This document shows, in pieces, positions 20,798 through 30,527 of a stretch of DNA of 64,000 nt (positions within the stretch are counted from its first letter, which is position 1; each line of letters opens with the position of its first letter). This DNA is from Flavobacterium sp. Its GTDB lineage: Bacteria; Bacteroidota; Bacteroidia; Flavobacteriales; Flavobacteriaceae. Made by a program: the position numbers and the translations under genes. The stretch spans positions 12,280 to 76,279 of the forward strand of contig JAYTVI010000080.1 of assembly GCA_043744095.1 (NCBI GenBank), given 5' to 3'. The notes beneath the pieces were generated by a model. The model saw only the letters and a list, made by a program, of their open reading frames with translations. It had not been told where the DNA came from and made no database searches.

Positions 20798-21786
20798 AAA
20801 TAGCTGTAGTTATACTTAATTGGAATGGTGCAAAATTGTTAGAGCAATTTTTGCCTTCGGTTGTTGCTTTTTCAAAAGATGCTAGTATTTATGTTGCTGA
20901 TAATGCCTCAACAGATGATTCGATTGCAATAATAAAATCAAAATTTCCTACAGTAAATATTATTCAAAATAAAAAAAATTTTGGTTTTGCAGAAGGATAC
21001 AATCAAGCTTTACAACACTTAGAAGCAGATATTTATGCATTACTAAATTCAGATATAGAAGTTACCGAAAACTGGCTTGAACCTATAAGTGATACCTTCA
21101 ATAACAATTTGCAAGTAGCTATAATTCAGCCAAAAATATTAGATTATAAAAATAAAAATAAATTTGAATATGCTGGTGCTGCAGGAGGTTTTTTAGATCA
21201 ATTTGGATACCCATTTTGTAGAGGTCGTATATTTGAAAATATTGAACAAGACAATGGTCAATATAACGATGATTGCGAAATATTTTGGGCTTCTGGTGCT
21301 TGCTTTTTTATACGAAGTGAAGTCTATCATTCCTTAAAAGGATTTGATGCTGATTTTTTTGCCCATCAAGAAGAAATAGATTTGTGTTGGCGTGCTTTCA
21401 ATAAAGGATTGAAAATAAAATACCTTGCAAATTCGATTGTTTATCACGTTGGTGGCGCAACCTTGCAAATGGGAAACCCCAAAAAAACCTTTTTAAATTT
21501 TAGAAATTCACTATTAATGCTTACCAAAAACCTACCTAAATCTTCACTTGTTTGGGTACTTTTTTGTAGATTATTCCTTGATGGTATTGCAGGAATTCAA
21601 TTTTTATTCAAAGGAAAAGGATTGCATTTTATTGCCATCTTAAAAGCACATTTTGCATTTTATGCTCTATTTTTAGATACTTACAAAAAAAGAGATAAAA
21701 TACAATCAAAAGTATACTATAAAACAAAAAGTATCGTTTTTACTTATTTTATAAAGAAAGGCACGGTTTTTGAAAAACTGTTTTAA
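20794..21786 (+). CDS. Glycosyltransferase family 2
   Basis: VVILNWNG, DNASTD, GFAEGYN, LLNSD, ASGAC, EEIDLCWR. Confidence 0.92.
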   Translation: MKIAVVILNWNGAKLLEQFLPSVVAFSKDASIYVADNASTDDSIAIIKSKFPTVNIIQNKKNFGFAEGYNQALQHLEADIYALLNSDIEVTENWLEPISDTFNNNLQVAIIQPKILDYKNKNKFEYAGAAGGFLDQFGYPFCRGRIFENIEQDNGQYNDDCEIFWASGACFFIRSEVYHSLKGFDADFFAHQEEIDLCWRAFNKGLKIKYLANSIVYHVGGATLQMGNPKKTFLNFRNSLLMLTKNLPKSSLVWVLFCRLFLDGIAGIQFLFKGKGLHFIAILKAHFAFYALFLDTYKKRDKIQSKVYYKTKSIVFTYFIKKGTVFEKLF

Positions 21787-21861
21787 CATAAATTTATACC
21801 AAATTTATTATTATAACTTTTTAAACCCTTAACTTTGTAAAAAATATTTAAAATCCTAATT

Positions 21862-22704
21862 ATGAACAAAATACTTTTAGCCTTATCAATAGTTGTTTTA
21901 TTAGCAACAACTTCTTGTGGAACCAAGAAAAAAATTGCTGCCTTGGAAGCAAAAAACAAAGAAATTCAAGATTTATTGAATACTGCTACTGTAAAATTGA
22001 ATACTTGTTTAACAGAAAAAGAAGCAATGGCAAGTCAAATGGATTTCTTGAAGAAAAACAATTCAGACTTAATAAACAATATGGGCAATATGACCACATT
22101 GTCTACACAAGGTGCTCAAAATATTGAAAAAGCTCTTGAGACCATAAAAGAAAAAGATTTGAAAATTACTAGAATGCAAGATGCATTGACAAAAAAAGAC
22201 AGTGTAACATTAGCTCTTGTTACAAGTTTAAAAAGTGCTGTTGGAATTTCTGATCCAGATATTGAGGTAAATGTTGAAAAAGGTGTCGTTTTTATCTCTA
22301 TTGCTGATAAGTTATTATTTAAAAGTGGTAGTTATTTAGTTAGTGATAGAGCAAAAGAAGTTTTGGCTAAAGTAGCAAAAGTTATCAACGACAAACCTAC
22401 TTTTGAATGTATGGTTGAAGGTCATACGGATAATGTTCCTTTTACCGGAAATGCAATCCTTATTGACAACTGGGATTTGAGCGTAAAACGTTCAACCGCT
22501 ATTGTCAGAGTATTAACTAAAGATTTAAAAGTAAATCCTGCACAATTAATTGCTGCTGGACGTGGAGAATTTATTCCTTTGGTTGCTAACAATTCAACAG
22601 AAAACAGATCTACAAATAGAAGAACTCGTATTGTAATTTTACCAAAAATTGATGAATTTTATGATATGATAGAAAAAGAAATGAAAAAACCTTCTAAAAA
22701 ATAA
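21862..22704 (+). CDS. OmpA/MotB-family lipoprotein
   Basis: Lipobox ATTSC, coiled coil, VEGHTD, NWDLSVKRS, NRRTRI; TAACTTTG promoter at 21830-21837. Confidence 0.9.
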   Translation: MNKILLALSIVVLLATTSCGTKKKIAALEAKNKEIQDLLNTATVKLNTCLTEKEAMASQMDFLKKNNSDLINNMGNMTTLSTQGAQNIEKALETIKEKDLKITRMQDALTKKDSVTLALVTSLKSAVGISDPDIEVNVEKGVVFISIADKLLFKSGSYLVSDRAKEVLAKVAKVINDKPTFECMVEGHTDNVPFTGNAILIDNWDLSVKRSTAIVRVLTKDLKVNPAQLIAAGRGEFIPLVANNSTENRSTNRRTRIVILPKIDEFYDMIEKEMKKPSKK

Positions 22705-22721
22705 TTGAAGTTTTTGACTAT

Positions 22722-22756
22722 AAAAAAACGTCTTGAAGTACTCAAGACGTTTTTTT
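22722..22756. terminator. Bidirectional intrinsic terminator
   Basis: Perfect AAAAAAACGTCTTGA / TCAAGACGTTTTTTT inverted repeat between convergent genes. Confidence 0.9.
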
Positions 22757-22772
22757 TATTACCATTTTTTAA

Positions 22773-23393
22773 TCATAAAATATCCAAACTTCCTTTTCCT
22801 TCTCTAACTACAACTGGTTCGTAACCCGATAAATCAATAATTGTAGAACCAACATTATCACCATAACCACCATCTATTACTAAATCTACAATATTTTGCC
22901 ATTTTTCAAAAATCAATTCTGGATCGGTTGAATATTCTAAAACCTCATCTTGATCATGAATAGATGTTGATACAATTGGGTTTCCTAATACTCTTACAAG
23001 TTCTAATGCTATGTTATTATCTGGAACACGAATACCTACTGTAGTTTTCTTTTTAAATTCTTTTGGCAAATTATTATTTCCGGGTAAAACAAAAGTATAT
23101 GGTCCAGGCAAAGCTCTTTTTAATAACTTAAATGTTGAGGTATCAATTTGTTTTACATAATCTGAAATGTGGCTTAAATCTGAACACACAAAAGAGAAAT
23201 TGGCTTTTTCAAGTTTAATTCCTTTGATTTTTGCAATGCGTTCTAAAGCTCTGGTATTGGTTATATCACAACCCAAACCATATACAGTATCTGTTGGATA
23301 TATCACTAATCCACCATTTTTAAAAACTTCAACTACTTTTTTTATAGCAGCTTCATTGGGTTTGTCTTCGTAAATTTTTATAAATTGAGCCAT
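22773..23393 (-). CDS. yciO: Sua5/YciO/YrdC family protein (YciO-like)
   Basis: YPTDTVYGLGC, LPGPYTF, VGIRVP, STS, STIIDL. Confidence 0.85.
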   Translation of the reverse strand: MAQFIKIYEDKPNEAAIKKVVEVFKNGGLVIYPTDTVYGLGCDITNTRALERIAKIKGIKLEKANFSFVCSDLSHISDYVKQIDTSTFKLLKRALPGPYTFVLPGNNNLPKEFKKKTTVGIRVPDNNIALELVRVLGNPIVSTSIHDQDEVLEYSTDPELIFEKWQNIVDLVIDGGYGDNVGSTIIDLSGYEPVVVREGKGSLDIL

Positions 23394-23451
23394 TATTTTA
23401 GTTTTTTTTTAAAATTTCGAAGTTAATTAAACTATAAACTTTAAGTAAATC

Positions 23452-25779
23452 TTATCCTATTACATCCAATTTTGCAAATCGTAATAATAATTTTTTTAAT
23501 CCTCCTACTTCAAACTTAATTTCTGCTTTTTTATCGGCACCAACTCCTTCAAGATTTATAACTTCTCCTTTGCCAAAACGTTCGTGCATCACAATATTTC
23601 CAGGTACTAACTTATTGTCAAACAAATTAGCAGTTCCTGAATTACTACTTACTGGTTTCAATTTACGAATGTTAATATCAGATTTAGGCTGATTATCACT
23701 ACTATATTTAGGTGGAGTTCCTCCTACAGGTTTTGCCAAACGCAATTTCGTTTTATCTACATCGCCAAAAATATCATTATCAATCATTGGTTTGTAACGG
23801 TAATTACTTTCCTCTGGTGTCAAATATTCTAAATACTGGCTATCAATTTCTTCAATAAAGCGTGACGGTTCGCTGTCTGTCAATTTTCCCCATCGATATC
23901 GTGATTGAGCATAAGTTAAATAAGCTTGTTTTTCGGCACGAGTTAAAGCTACATAAAATAGGCGTCGTTCTTCTTCTAACTCGCTTCTGGTACTCATAGA
24001 CATAGCACTCGGAAACAAATCTTCTTCCATACCAACTACAAATACATACGGAAATTCAAGTCCTTTAGCCAAGTGAATCGTCATTAAAGCAACACGATCA
24101 TCATCACCAGTATCTTTATCCAAATCTGTTGCTAATGCTACATCTTCCATAAATTCTGACAAAGCACCACGAGCACCATCAATTTCTTTTTGTCCTTCGG
24201 TAAAATCTTTAATTCCGTTAAGTAATTCTTCTATATTTTCAATTCGTGCAATTCCTTCTGGTGTACCGTCTTTTTTTAGTTCTTGCACCAAACCTGTTTT
24301 TTTTGCTACATGATCAGCAAGATAAAATGCATCTTGATTTTTACTAATAACTTGAAAACTTTGTATCATAGTAACAAAATCTTGCAATTTTGCTTTGGTG
24401 CCTGAATTCAGTTTCAAATCAATTTTATCAATGTTTTGTATCACTTCAAAAATCGAACGCTTGTAATGATTGGCTGCAATTGTTAATTTCTCGACCGTGG
24501 TATCCCCAATTCCTCTTGCAGGATAATTAATCACACGAATCAAAGCTTCTTCATCTTTTGGGTTGATTACCAATCTCAAATAGCACAAAACATCTTTTAT
24601 CTCTTTGCGCTGATAAAAGGACAAACCACCGTATATTCTATATGGAATATCTCTTTTTCTGAGCGCATCTTCCATAGCACGAGATTGTGCATTGGTTCTA
24701 TAAAGTATAGCAAACTGACCATTGGTCATTTGTTGTGTCATTTTTTGATCCCAAATTGTGCTAGCTACAAAACGACCTTCTTCTCCATCAGTTAAACTAC
24801 GATGAATTTTTATTTTATTCCCTAAATCATTGGCTGTCCAAACCACTTTATCTAAACGCGTTTTATTTTTTTCGATAATAGAATTGGCAGCTTCTACAAT
24901 ATTTTTTGTCGACCGATAGTTTTGCTCTAACCGATATGTTTTTACTCCTTCATAATCTTTTTGAAAATTCAGTATATTATTAATATTTGCTCCTCGAAAA
25001 GCATAAATACTTTGCGCATCATCACCAACTACACAAATGTTTTGAAATCGATCTGATAATGCTCTCACAATCAAATACTGTGAATGATTGGTATCTTGGT
25101 ACTCATCAACAAGAATATAACGAAATCGATCTTGGTATTTTGCTAATACATCTGGGAAACGATTGAGTAATTCATTGGTTTTCAATAGCAAATCATCAAA
25201 ATCCATTGCGCCAGCTTTGAAACATCGCTCAACATAGTTTTGATAAATCTCTCCCAAACGAGGTTTTTTACTCATTGCATCAGCTTCTTGCAATTCAGGA
25301 TTGTTAAAATAGGCTTTTACTGTTATTAAAGAATTTTTATAAGAAGAAATTCTGCTCAATATTTGTTTGGGTTTATAAATATCTTTGTCTAATTGCATTT
25401 CTTTGATTACTGCCGAGATAAGTCGAACGGAATCTTGTGTATCATAAATCGTAAAATTGGATGGATAGCCCAATTTATCTGCTTCAGAACGAAGAATTCT
25501 TGCAAAAACAGAGTGAAAAGTTCCCATCCATAAATTCTTGGCTTCATTGGTTCCAACAATTTGAGCAATTCGACTTTTCATTTCACGAGCAGCTTTGTTC
25601 GTGAATGTTAAGGCAAGAATACTAAAAGCGTCTACTCCTAAACTCATTAGGTAAGCAATTCTTACAGTAAGAACTCTTGTTTTTCCTGAACCAGCACCAG
25701 CAATTATTATCATTGGCCCATCTTTTTGAAGAACAGGTTCTTGTTGGGCATCGTTAAGTTGGGAAATGTATTGTTGCAT
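23452..25779 (-). CDS. pcrA: UvrD/PcrA ATP-dependent DNA helicase
   Basis: AGAGSGKT, TFTNKAA, DEYQD, GDDAQSIY, AKGLEF, EERRLFYVALTRA. Confidence 0.95.
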   Translation of the reverse strand: MQQYISQLNDAQQEPVLQKDGPMIIIAGAGSGKTRVLTVRIAYLMSLGVDAFSILALTFTNKAAREMKSRIAQIVGTNEAKNLWMGTFHSVFARILRSEADKLGYPSNFTIYDTQDSVRLISAVIKEMQLDKDIYKPKQILSRISSYKNSLITVKAYFNNPELQEADAMSKKPRLGEIYQNYVERCFKAGAMDFDDLLLKTNELLNRFPDVLAKYQDRFRYILVDEYQDTNHSQYLIVRALSDRFQNICVVGDDAQSIYAFRGANINNILNFQKDYEGVKTYRLEQNYRSTKNIVEAANSIIEKNKTRLDKVVWTANDLGNKIKIHRSLTDGEEGRFVASTIWDQKMTQQMTNGQFAILYRTNAQSRAMEDALRKRDIPYRIYGGLSFYQRKEIKDVLCYLRLVINPKDEEALIRVINYPARGIGDTTVEKLTIAANHYKRSIFEVIQNIDKIDLKLNSGTKAKLQDFVTMIQSFQVISKNQDAFYLADHVAKKTGLVQELKKDGTPEGIARIENIEELLNGIKDFTEGQKEIDGARGALSEFMEDVALATDLDKDTGDDDRVALMTIHLAKGLEFPYVFVVGMEEDLFPSAMSMSTRSELEEERRLFYVALTRAEKQAYLTYAQSRYRWGKLTDSEPSRFIEEIDSQYLEYLTPEESNYRYKPMIDNDIFGDVDKTKLRLAKPVGGTPPKYSSDNQPKSDINIRKLKPVSSNSGTANLFDNKLVPGNIVMHERFGKGEVINLEGVGADKKAEIKFEVGGLKKLLLRFAKLDVIG

Positions 25780-25889
25780 TCTTCTAAAAAGTATTTTTAC
25801 AAAAATAGGTTTACAAATTGTTTATTACAATTAAAAGTTGATTGATTTATCAACTAAAATTATATTTTTGCTCCAATTAAAATTTCAAA

Positions 25890-26411
25890 ATGGAAACTAC
25901 AAAAATTATCGAATTACTTTCTTATACAATTCCTTCATTAATTACTGGTGGAGTTGCCTATTATTTGTTTACCGCTTATTTTAAAGACCAACAAAATACA
26001 CGTAGATGGTTGCTTCAAAAAGAATCTCAAAAAGATGCTCTACCATTGCGTTTGCAAGCTTTTGAACGTATGGTTTTGTTTCTAGAGCGCATTAATCCTA
26101 CTAAATTATTAATACGTATAGCACCAATTACTCAAGACAAACACAGTTACGAAAACTTAGTTATTGCCCAAATAGAGCAAGAGTTTGAACACAACTTAAC
26201 ACAACAAATTTATATGTCTGATGAATGTTGGACCATTATCCTCACTGCCAAAAATGCTACTATACAAATGATTCGTAAAGCCAATATGAGCGAACGAGTT
26301 GAAAGTGCTGACAAATTGCGAGAAGTAATATTGAGTGATTTAATGGAAAAAGCGACACCAAGTAGCGCCGCTTTAAGTTATTTAAAAAATGAGTTGAATC
26401 AATTTTTATAA
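25890..26411 (+). CDS. Conserved Bacteroidota hypothetical membrane-anchored protein
   Basis: N-terminal TM, LPLRLQAFER..LFLERI, EFEHNLTQQIY. Confidence 0.75.
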   Translation: METTKIIELLSYTIPSLITGGVAYYLFTAYFKDQQNTRRWLLQKESQKDALPLRLQAFERMVLFLERINPTKLLIRIAPITQDKHSYENLVIAQIEQEFEHNLTQQIYMSDECWTIILTAKNATIQMIRKANMSERVESADKLREVILSDLMEKATPSSAALSYLKNELNQFL

Positions 26412-26417
26412 TAAAAA

Positions 26418-27890
26418 CTACCTTGAATAATTCGGTGCTTCCTTAGTAATTGTTACATTATGTGGATGACTTTCGCCAATGCCGCTTGTCGTTATTCTCA
26501 CGAATCTTCCTGTTTCTTGTAAAGTAGCAATATCTTTTGCACCACAATAACCCATTCCGGCACGAAGGCCGCCAACAAATTGTTGCATACTTTCGTTTAG
26601 TTCACCTTTGTATGGAACACGACCTACAATTCCTTCTGGAACTAATTTTTTGATATCGTCTTCTACATCTTGAAAATAGCGATCTTTAGAACCATCTTCC
26701 ATCGCTTCAATAGAACCCATGCCTCGATACGATTTAAATTTTCTGCCTTCAAAAATAATGGTTTCACCCGGCGATTCTTTTGTTCCTGCTAAAAGTGAAC
26801 CTAACATAACACAATCTGCTCCGGCTGCAATTGCTTTTGGAATATCGCCAGTATAACGAATTCCACCATCGGCAATAACTGGAACTCCTGAACCTCTTAA
26901 AGCCGCAGACACCTCTAAAACCGCTGAAAATTGCGGAAATCCAACTCCAGCAACTACTCTCGTAGTACAAATAGAACCTGGACCAATTCCAACTTTTACG
27001 CCATCGGCACCATTTTCTACTAAATACAAAGCTGCTTCTGCTGTGGCAATATTTCCAACAATTACATCAAGATTTGGAAATTTTGCCTTAACCAATTTTA
27101 ATACATCAACCACACCTTTTGTATGTCCGTGAGCCGTATCAATAATTACGGCATCAACTCCGGCATTAACTAAAGCAGTTGCTCTTTCTACAGCATCGGC
27201 AGTAACTCCAAGTGCTGCAGCAACACGAAGACGACCAAATTTATCTTTGTTGGCAACTGGTTTTTGAGCCAATTTGGTAATATCTCTAAAGGTTATTAAT
27301 CCTACTAATTTATAATTGGCATCAACAACTGGAAGTTTTTCTATTTTATTTTGTTGCAAAATTCCTTCTGCTTCTTGCAAAGTAGTTCCAACTGCTGCGG
27401 TAACTAAATTTTGAGAAGTCATAACCTCTAAAATTGATCGTGAATTGATTTTCTCAAAACGCAAATCTCTGTTGGTTACAATTCCTTTAAAAATTCCGTT
27501 TTCGTCTACAACTGGAATTCCGCCAATTCCGTGTTCTTTCATCAACATTTTGGCATCGCCGACTGTGGCTGTTAAAGGCAAAGTAACTGGGTCGATAATC
27601 ATTCCGCTTTCGGCACGTTTTACTTTTCTGACTTTAGCAGCTTGTTGCTCGATTGTCATATTTTTGTGCAAAACTCCAATTCCACCTTCTTGTGCCATTG
27701 CAATTGCCATTGCACTTTCGGTAACGGTATCCATAGCTGCAGAAACTACTGGAACGTTCAACGAAATATTTCTAGATATTTTCGATTGAATATTGACTTC
27801 GCGCGGTAAAACTTCAGAATAATTAGGGATGAGCAGTACATCGTCGTAAGTAAGACCTTCGCCAACGATTTTTGTTGTGTGTGCTTTCAT
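26418..27890 (-). CDS. guaB: IMP dehydrogenase
   Basis: [20 protein letters not shown] pair, [21 protein letters not shown]. Confidence 0.97.
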   Translation of the reverse strand: MKAHTTKIVGEGLTYDDVLLIPNYSEVLPREVNIQSKISRNISLNVPVVSAAMDTVTESAMAIAMAQEGGIGVLHKNMTIEQQAAKVRKVKRAESGMIIDPVTLPLTATVGDAKMLMKEHGIGGIPVVDENGIFKGIVTNRDLRFEKINSRSILEVMTSQNLVTAAVGTTLQEAEGILQQNKIEKLPVVDANYKLVGLITFRDITKLAQKPVANKDKFGRLRVAAALGVTADAVERATALVNAGVDAVIIDTAHGHTKGVVDVLKLVKAKFPNLDVIVGNIATAEAALYLVENGADGVKVGIGPGSICTTRVVAGVGFPQFSAVLEVSAALRGSGVPVIADGGIRYTGDIPKAIAAGADCVMLGSLLAGTKESPGETIIFEGRKFKSYRGMGSIEAMEDGSKDRYFQDVEDDIKKLVPEGIVGRVPYKGELNESMQQFVGGLRAGMGYCGAKDIATLQETGRFVRITTSGIGESHPHNVTITKEAPNYSR

Positions 27891-27951
27891 TGCAATTTGT
27901 AGTTTATGCTGAACGTGGTTCAGTGTTGTAGTTAAATTGCGAGCAAATATA
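27891..27951 (-). promoter_or_regulatory. guaB promoter (TATATTTG) and structured 5' leader
   Basis: -7 element at 27944-27951; GCAATTT/AAATTGC inverted pair; CTGAAC/GTTCAG hairpin flanked by 8-bp direct repeats. Confidence 0.55.
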
Positions 27952-27993
27952 GTAAAAAAGTAAATAGTAATAAGTCGTTGATGATTAGTTTTT

Positions 27994-28127
27994 AGCCCTG
28001 ATAGTAATGGAAAGCATTTTATTGAAGAATTCTATTTTTTGATGCACTAAAAAAGCGACCAACGGAAGCTCTTTTTAGTGCTTACAAAAAAAGAATTGTT
28101 GATAAAATCTTAGAATGAATAGCAGGA
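27994..28127 (+). ncRNA. Long intergenic hairpin resembling the Flavo-1 RNA motif / flavobacterial dispersed repeat
   Basis: Nested inverted repeats CCTG/CAGG, TTTTATTGA/TTGATAAAA (G-U pairs), AATTCTATTTTT/AAAAAAAGAATT, GCACTAAAAA/TTTTTAGTGC; Flavo-1 assignment from memory only. Confidence 0.55.
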
Positions 28128-28135
28128 GATTGCTT

Positions 28136-28999
28136 CTAATGAAACTCACCAAATAATCGCGAAGCTACATTGTAAGCACTTTCAAAACTCATTGGACTAG
28201 TATTGGTATTGCCTTTTTGTTGGGTGAAATAAGACAACATTTTTTCGGTTGGCATATTGCCTGTTAAGTCATCTTTTGCCATTGGACAACCACCAAAACC
28301 TTGAATCGCGCCATCATAACGACGACAACCTGCTTTGTAAGCTGCGTCTATTTTTTCGTGCCATTTGTCTGGAGTTGTGTGCAAATGTGCTCCAAACTCG
28401 ATGTGTGGATATTTCGGAATTAAATTGGAAAATAAATAATCAATAACTTCTGGTGTTGAACTACCAATAGTATCGGAAAGCGAAAGTATTTTTACACCCA
28501 TATTGGCTAATTTTTCGGTCCATTCGCCTACTACATCAACGTTCCAAACATCGCCATAAGGATTTCCGAAACCCATTGAAATGTAGGTTACAACTTCTTT
28601 ATTCGACTTATATGCAATTTCTAAAATTTCTTGTAATGTGATTAAACTCTCGGCAATGGTTTTGTGGGTATTTCGCATCTGGAAATTCTCAGAAATAGAA
28701 AATGGAAACCCTAAATACTGAATTTCTTTGTGTAGCGAAGCCAATGCTGCACCTTGTGTATTGGCAATTATAGCCAATAATTTACTTTGGGTTTGTGACA
28801 AATCGAGTTGTGCTAAAACTTCAGCTGTATCAACCATTTGCGGAATGGCTTTGGGTGAAACAAAACTGCCAAAATCAATAGTATCAAATCCTACACGAAG
28901 TAGCGCTTGAATATAATCCACTTTTCGTTCGGTTGGAATGAATGGTTTAATGCCTTGCATAGCATCACGTGGACATTCTATTATCTTGATTTTTTTCAT
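28136..28999 (-). CDS. hmgL: Hydroxymethylglutaryl-CoA lyase
   Basis: ECPRDAMQ, SFVSPKAIPQM, LSDTIG, HLH, GGCPMA...GNMPTE; TATCTTTG element at 29007-29014 (-). Confidence 0.9.
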   Translation of the reverse strand: MKKIKIIECPRDAMQGIKPFIPTERKVDYIQALLRVGFDTIDFGSFVSPKAIPQMVDTAEVLAQLDLSQTQSKLLAIIANTQGAALASLHKEIQYLGFPFSISENFQMRNTHKTIAESLITLQEILEIAYKSNKEVVTYISMGFGNPYGDVWNVDVVGEWTEKLANMGVKILSLSDTIGSSTPEVIDYLFSNLIPKYPHIEFGAHLHTTPDKWHEKIDAAYKAGCRRYDGAIQGFGGCPMAKDDLTGNMPTEKMLSYFTQQKGNTNTSPMSFESAYNVASRLFGEFH

Positions 29000-29063
29000 A
29001 GGTTGTCAAAGATACTAAAGAAATTCTATCTACGAAATCGTTTTTTATAGAAGTAGCAAAATA

Positions 29064-29175
29064 AAATATTACACTTATCGGTAATAACTTGAAATATTAC
29101 GTATTTTGGTAATAACTTTAAATATTACGTATTTTGGTAATAATTTAAAATATTACACATTTTGGTAATAATTGT
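29064..29175. repeat. Four tandem 28-bp repeats, each with a TATTAC-N8-GTAATA dyad (putative operators)
   Basis: Units start at 29064, 29092, 29120, 29148; consensus AAATATTAC-N7-GGTAATAA-N4. Confidence 0.92.
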
Positions 29176-29204
29176 TGTTTTTTGAAAAAAAATGAATACA
29201 TTTG
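29175..29204 (+). promoter_or_regulatory. Bacteroidota sigma70-type promoter for satD (TTG-N19-TACATTTG)
   Basis: TTG 29175-29177 and TACATTTG 29197-29204; only 4 nt separate it from the ATG. Confidence 0.7.
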
Positions 29205-29208
29205 ACCT

Positions 29209-29820
29209 ATGATTGTGATACTTACAGGCGATATTATAAACTCAAGAAAAGCATCTTCTAAAAAATGGTTGGAAGATTTAAAGTCTATTTTTCAAACGAT
29301 TGGGAAATCTCCAAACGATTGGGAAATCTATCGTGGCGATGAATTTCAATTGGAAATCAAGAACATAGAAGACGCTTTGACTATTGCTTTTAAAATTAAA
29401 GCATTTTTTAAATCGATAAATTTAGATGTACGAATGAGTTTGGGTTTTGGAGACAAAACACATAAAGCAAGAAAAATAACAGAAAGTAATGGAAGTGCTT
29501 TTATTCGTTCTGGTGAAACATTTGAAACTTTAAAAAAGCAAAAACTGAATTTAGCAATCAATTCTGGAAACCAATTATTGGATGAGGAATTGAATTTAAT
29601 GCTAAAACTAAGCTTATCATTTATGGATAATTGGTTACAACAATCGGCTGAATTTGTGTTGGTTGCTATTAAAAACCCTACACTTTCGCAAGAAGAACTT
29701 GGTGGAATATTAGGCATTAATCAAGCAGCTGTGAGCCGAAGACAAAAGCGTTCTAACTATGAATTACTGCTTCAAGTGGATCATTATTTTAGAAAAAAAA
29801 TTAAAACGCTTGATGTATGA
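29209..29820 (+). CDS. satD: SatD-family protein (cyclase/mCpol-like palm domain plus C-terminal HTH)
   Basis: LTGDIINSR (D8), YRGDEFQ (D44), VRMSLGFG, NGSAF; HTH SQEELGGILGINQAAVSRR. Confidence 0.82.
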   Translation: MIVILTGDIINSRKASSKKWLEDLKSIFQTIGKSPNDWEIYRGDEFQLEIKNIEDALTIAFKIKAFFKSINLDVRMSLGFGDKTHKARKITESNGSAFIRSGETFETLKKQKLNLAINSGNQLLDEELNLMLKLSLSFMDNWLQQSAEFVLVAIKNPTLSQEELGGILGINQAAVSRRQKRSNYELLLQVDHYFRKKIKTLDV

Positions 29821-30527
29821 TTGTATATGTAAAATTACTTTTAGCACACTTACTAGGCGATTTTTTATTGCAACCAACTTTATGGGTAAAAGATAAAGAA
29901 CAGAAAAAACACAAGAGTATTTACTTGTATTTACACACCTTTTTACACTTTGCTTTGGCTTGGCTTTTAGTTGGAACAACTGATTTTGTTTGGTACGCAT
30001 TGGCTTTAGCAACATTACACGGTTTTATAGATTTTTTGAAATTGTATTTTCAGAATAAAAAGACACAACGACTATGGTTTTCTGTAGATCAAATTTTGCA
30101 TTTAGTTGTTATAATTGCAGTTACATTAAATTATAACAATACTACAATAGATTTTACAAGTATTGGAAATCAGTTTTGGATTACAATTACTGGTTTTATT
30201 TTATTGACAAAACCAACTTCATTGATCATTAAAAACATCATTTCTATTTGGACACCCGAAAATAAAACCAACGACGATTCATTGCAAAACGCAGGAAATT
30301 ATATTGGAATTCTAGAACGTCTTTTTGTGTTCTGCTTTATTTTAACAGGTCATTTTGAAGCGATTGGATTTTTATTAGCCGCAAAATCTATCTTCCGATT
30401 TGGAGATTTGAAAGAAGCGAAAGACAGAAAACTTACCGAATATGTTTTAATTGGAACATTATTAAGTTTCGGAATTGCTTTACTAATTGGACTTTTAGTA
30501 CAAATAAGTCTAGGACTTTCTTTTTAA
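29817..30527 (+). CDS. DUF3307-family membrane protein
   Basis: [27 protein letters not shown]; C-terminal GNYIGILER...AAKSIFRF...[11 protein letters not shown]; ATGA overlap with satD. Confidence 0.82.
   Translation: MIVYVKLLLAHLLGDFLLQPTLWVKDKEQKKHKSIYLYLHTFLHFALAWLLVGTTDFVWYALALATLHGFIDFLKLYFQNKKTQRLWFSVDQILHLVVIIAVTLNYNNTTIDFTSIGNQFWITITGFILLTKPTSLIIKNIISIWTPENKTNDDSLQNAGNYIGILERLFVFCFILTGHFEAIGFLLAAKSIFRFGDLKEAKDRKLTEYVLIGTLLSFGIALLIGLLVQISLGLSF

Noticed and set aside
29064-29175. 28-bp repeats as a CRISPR array or dif site
   Set aside because: The units are contiguous with no unique spacers, there are no cas genes, and the arms do not match the XerC/XerD dif consensus.
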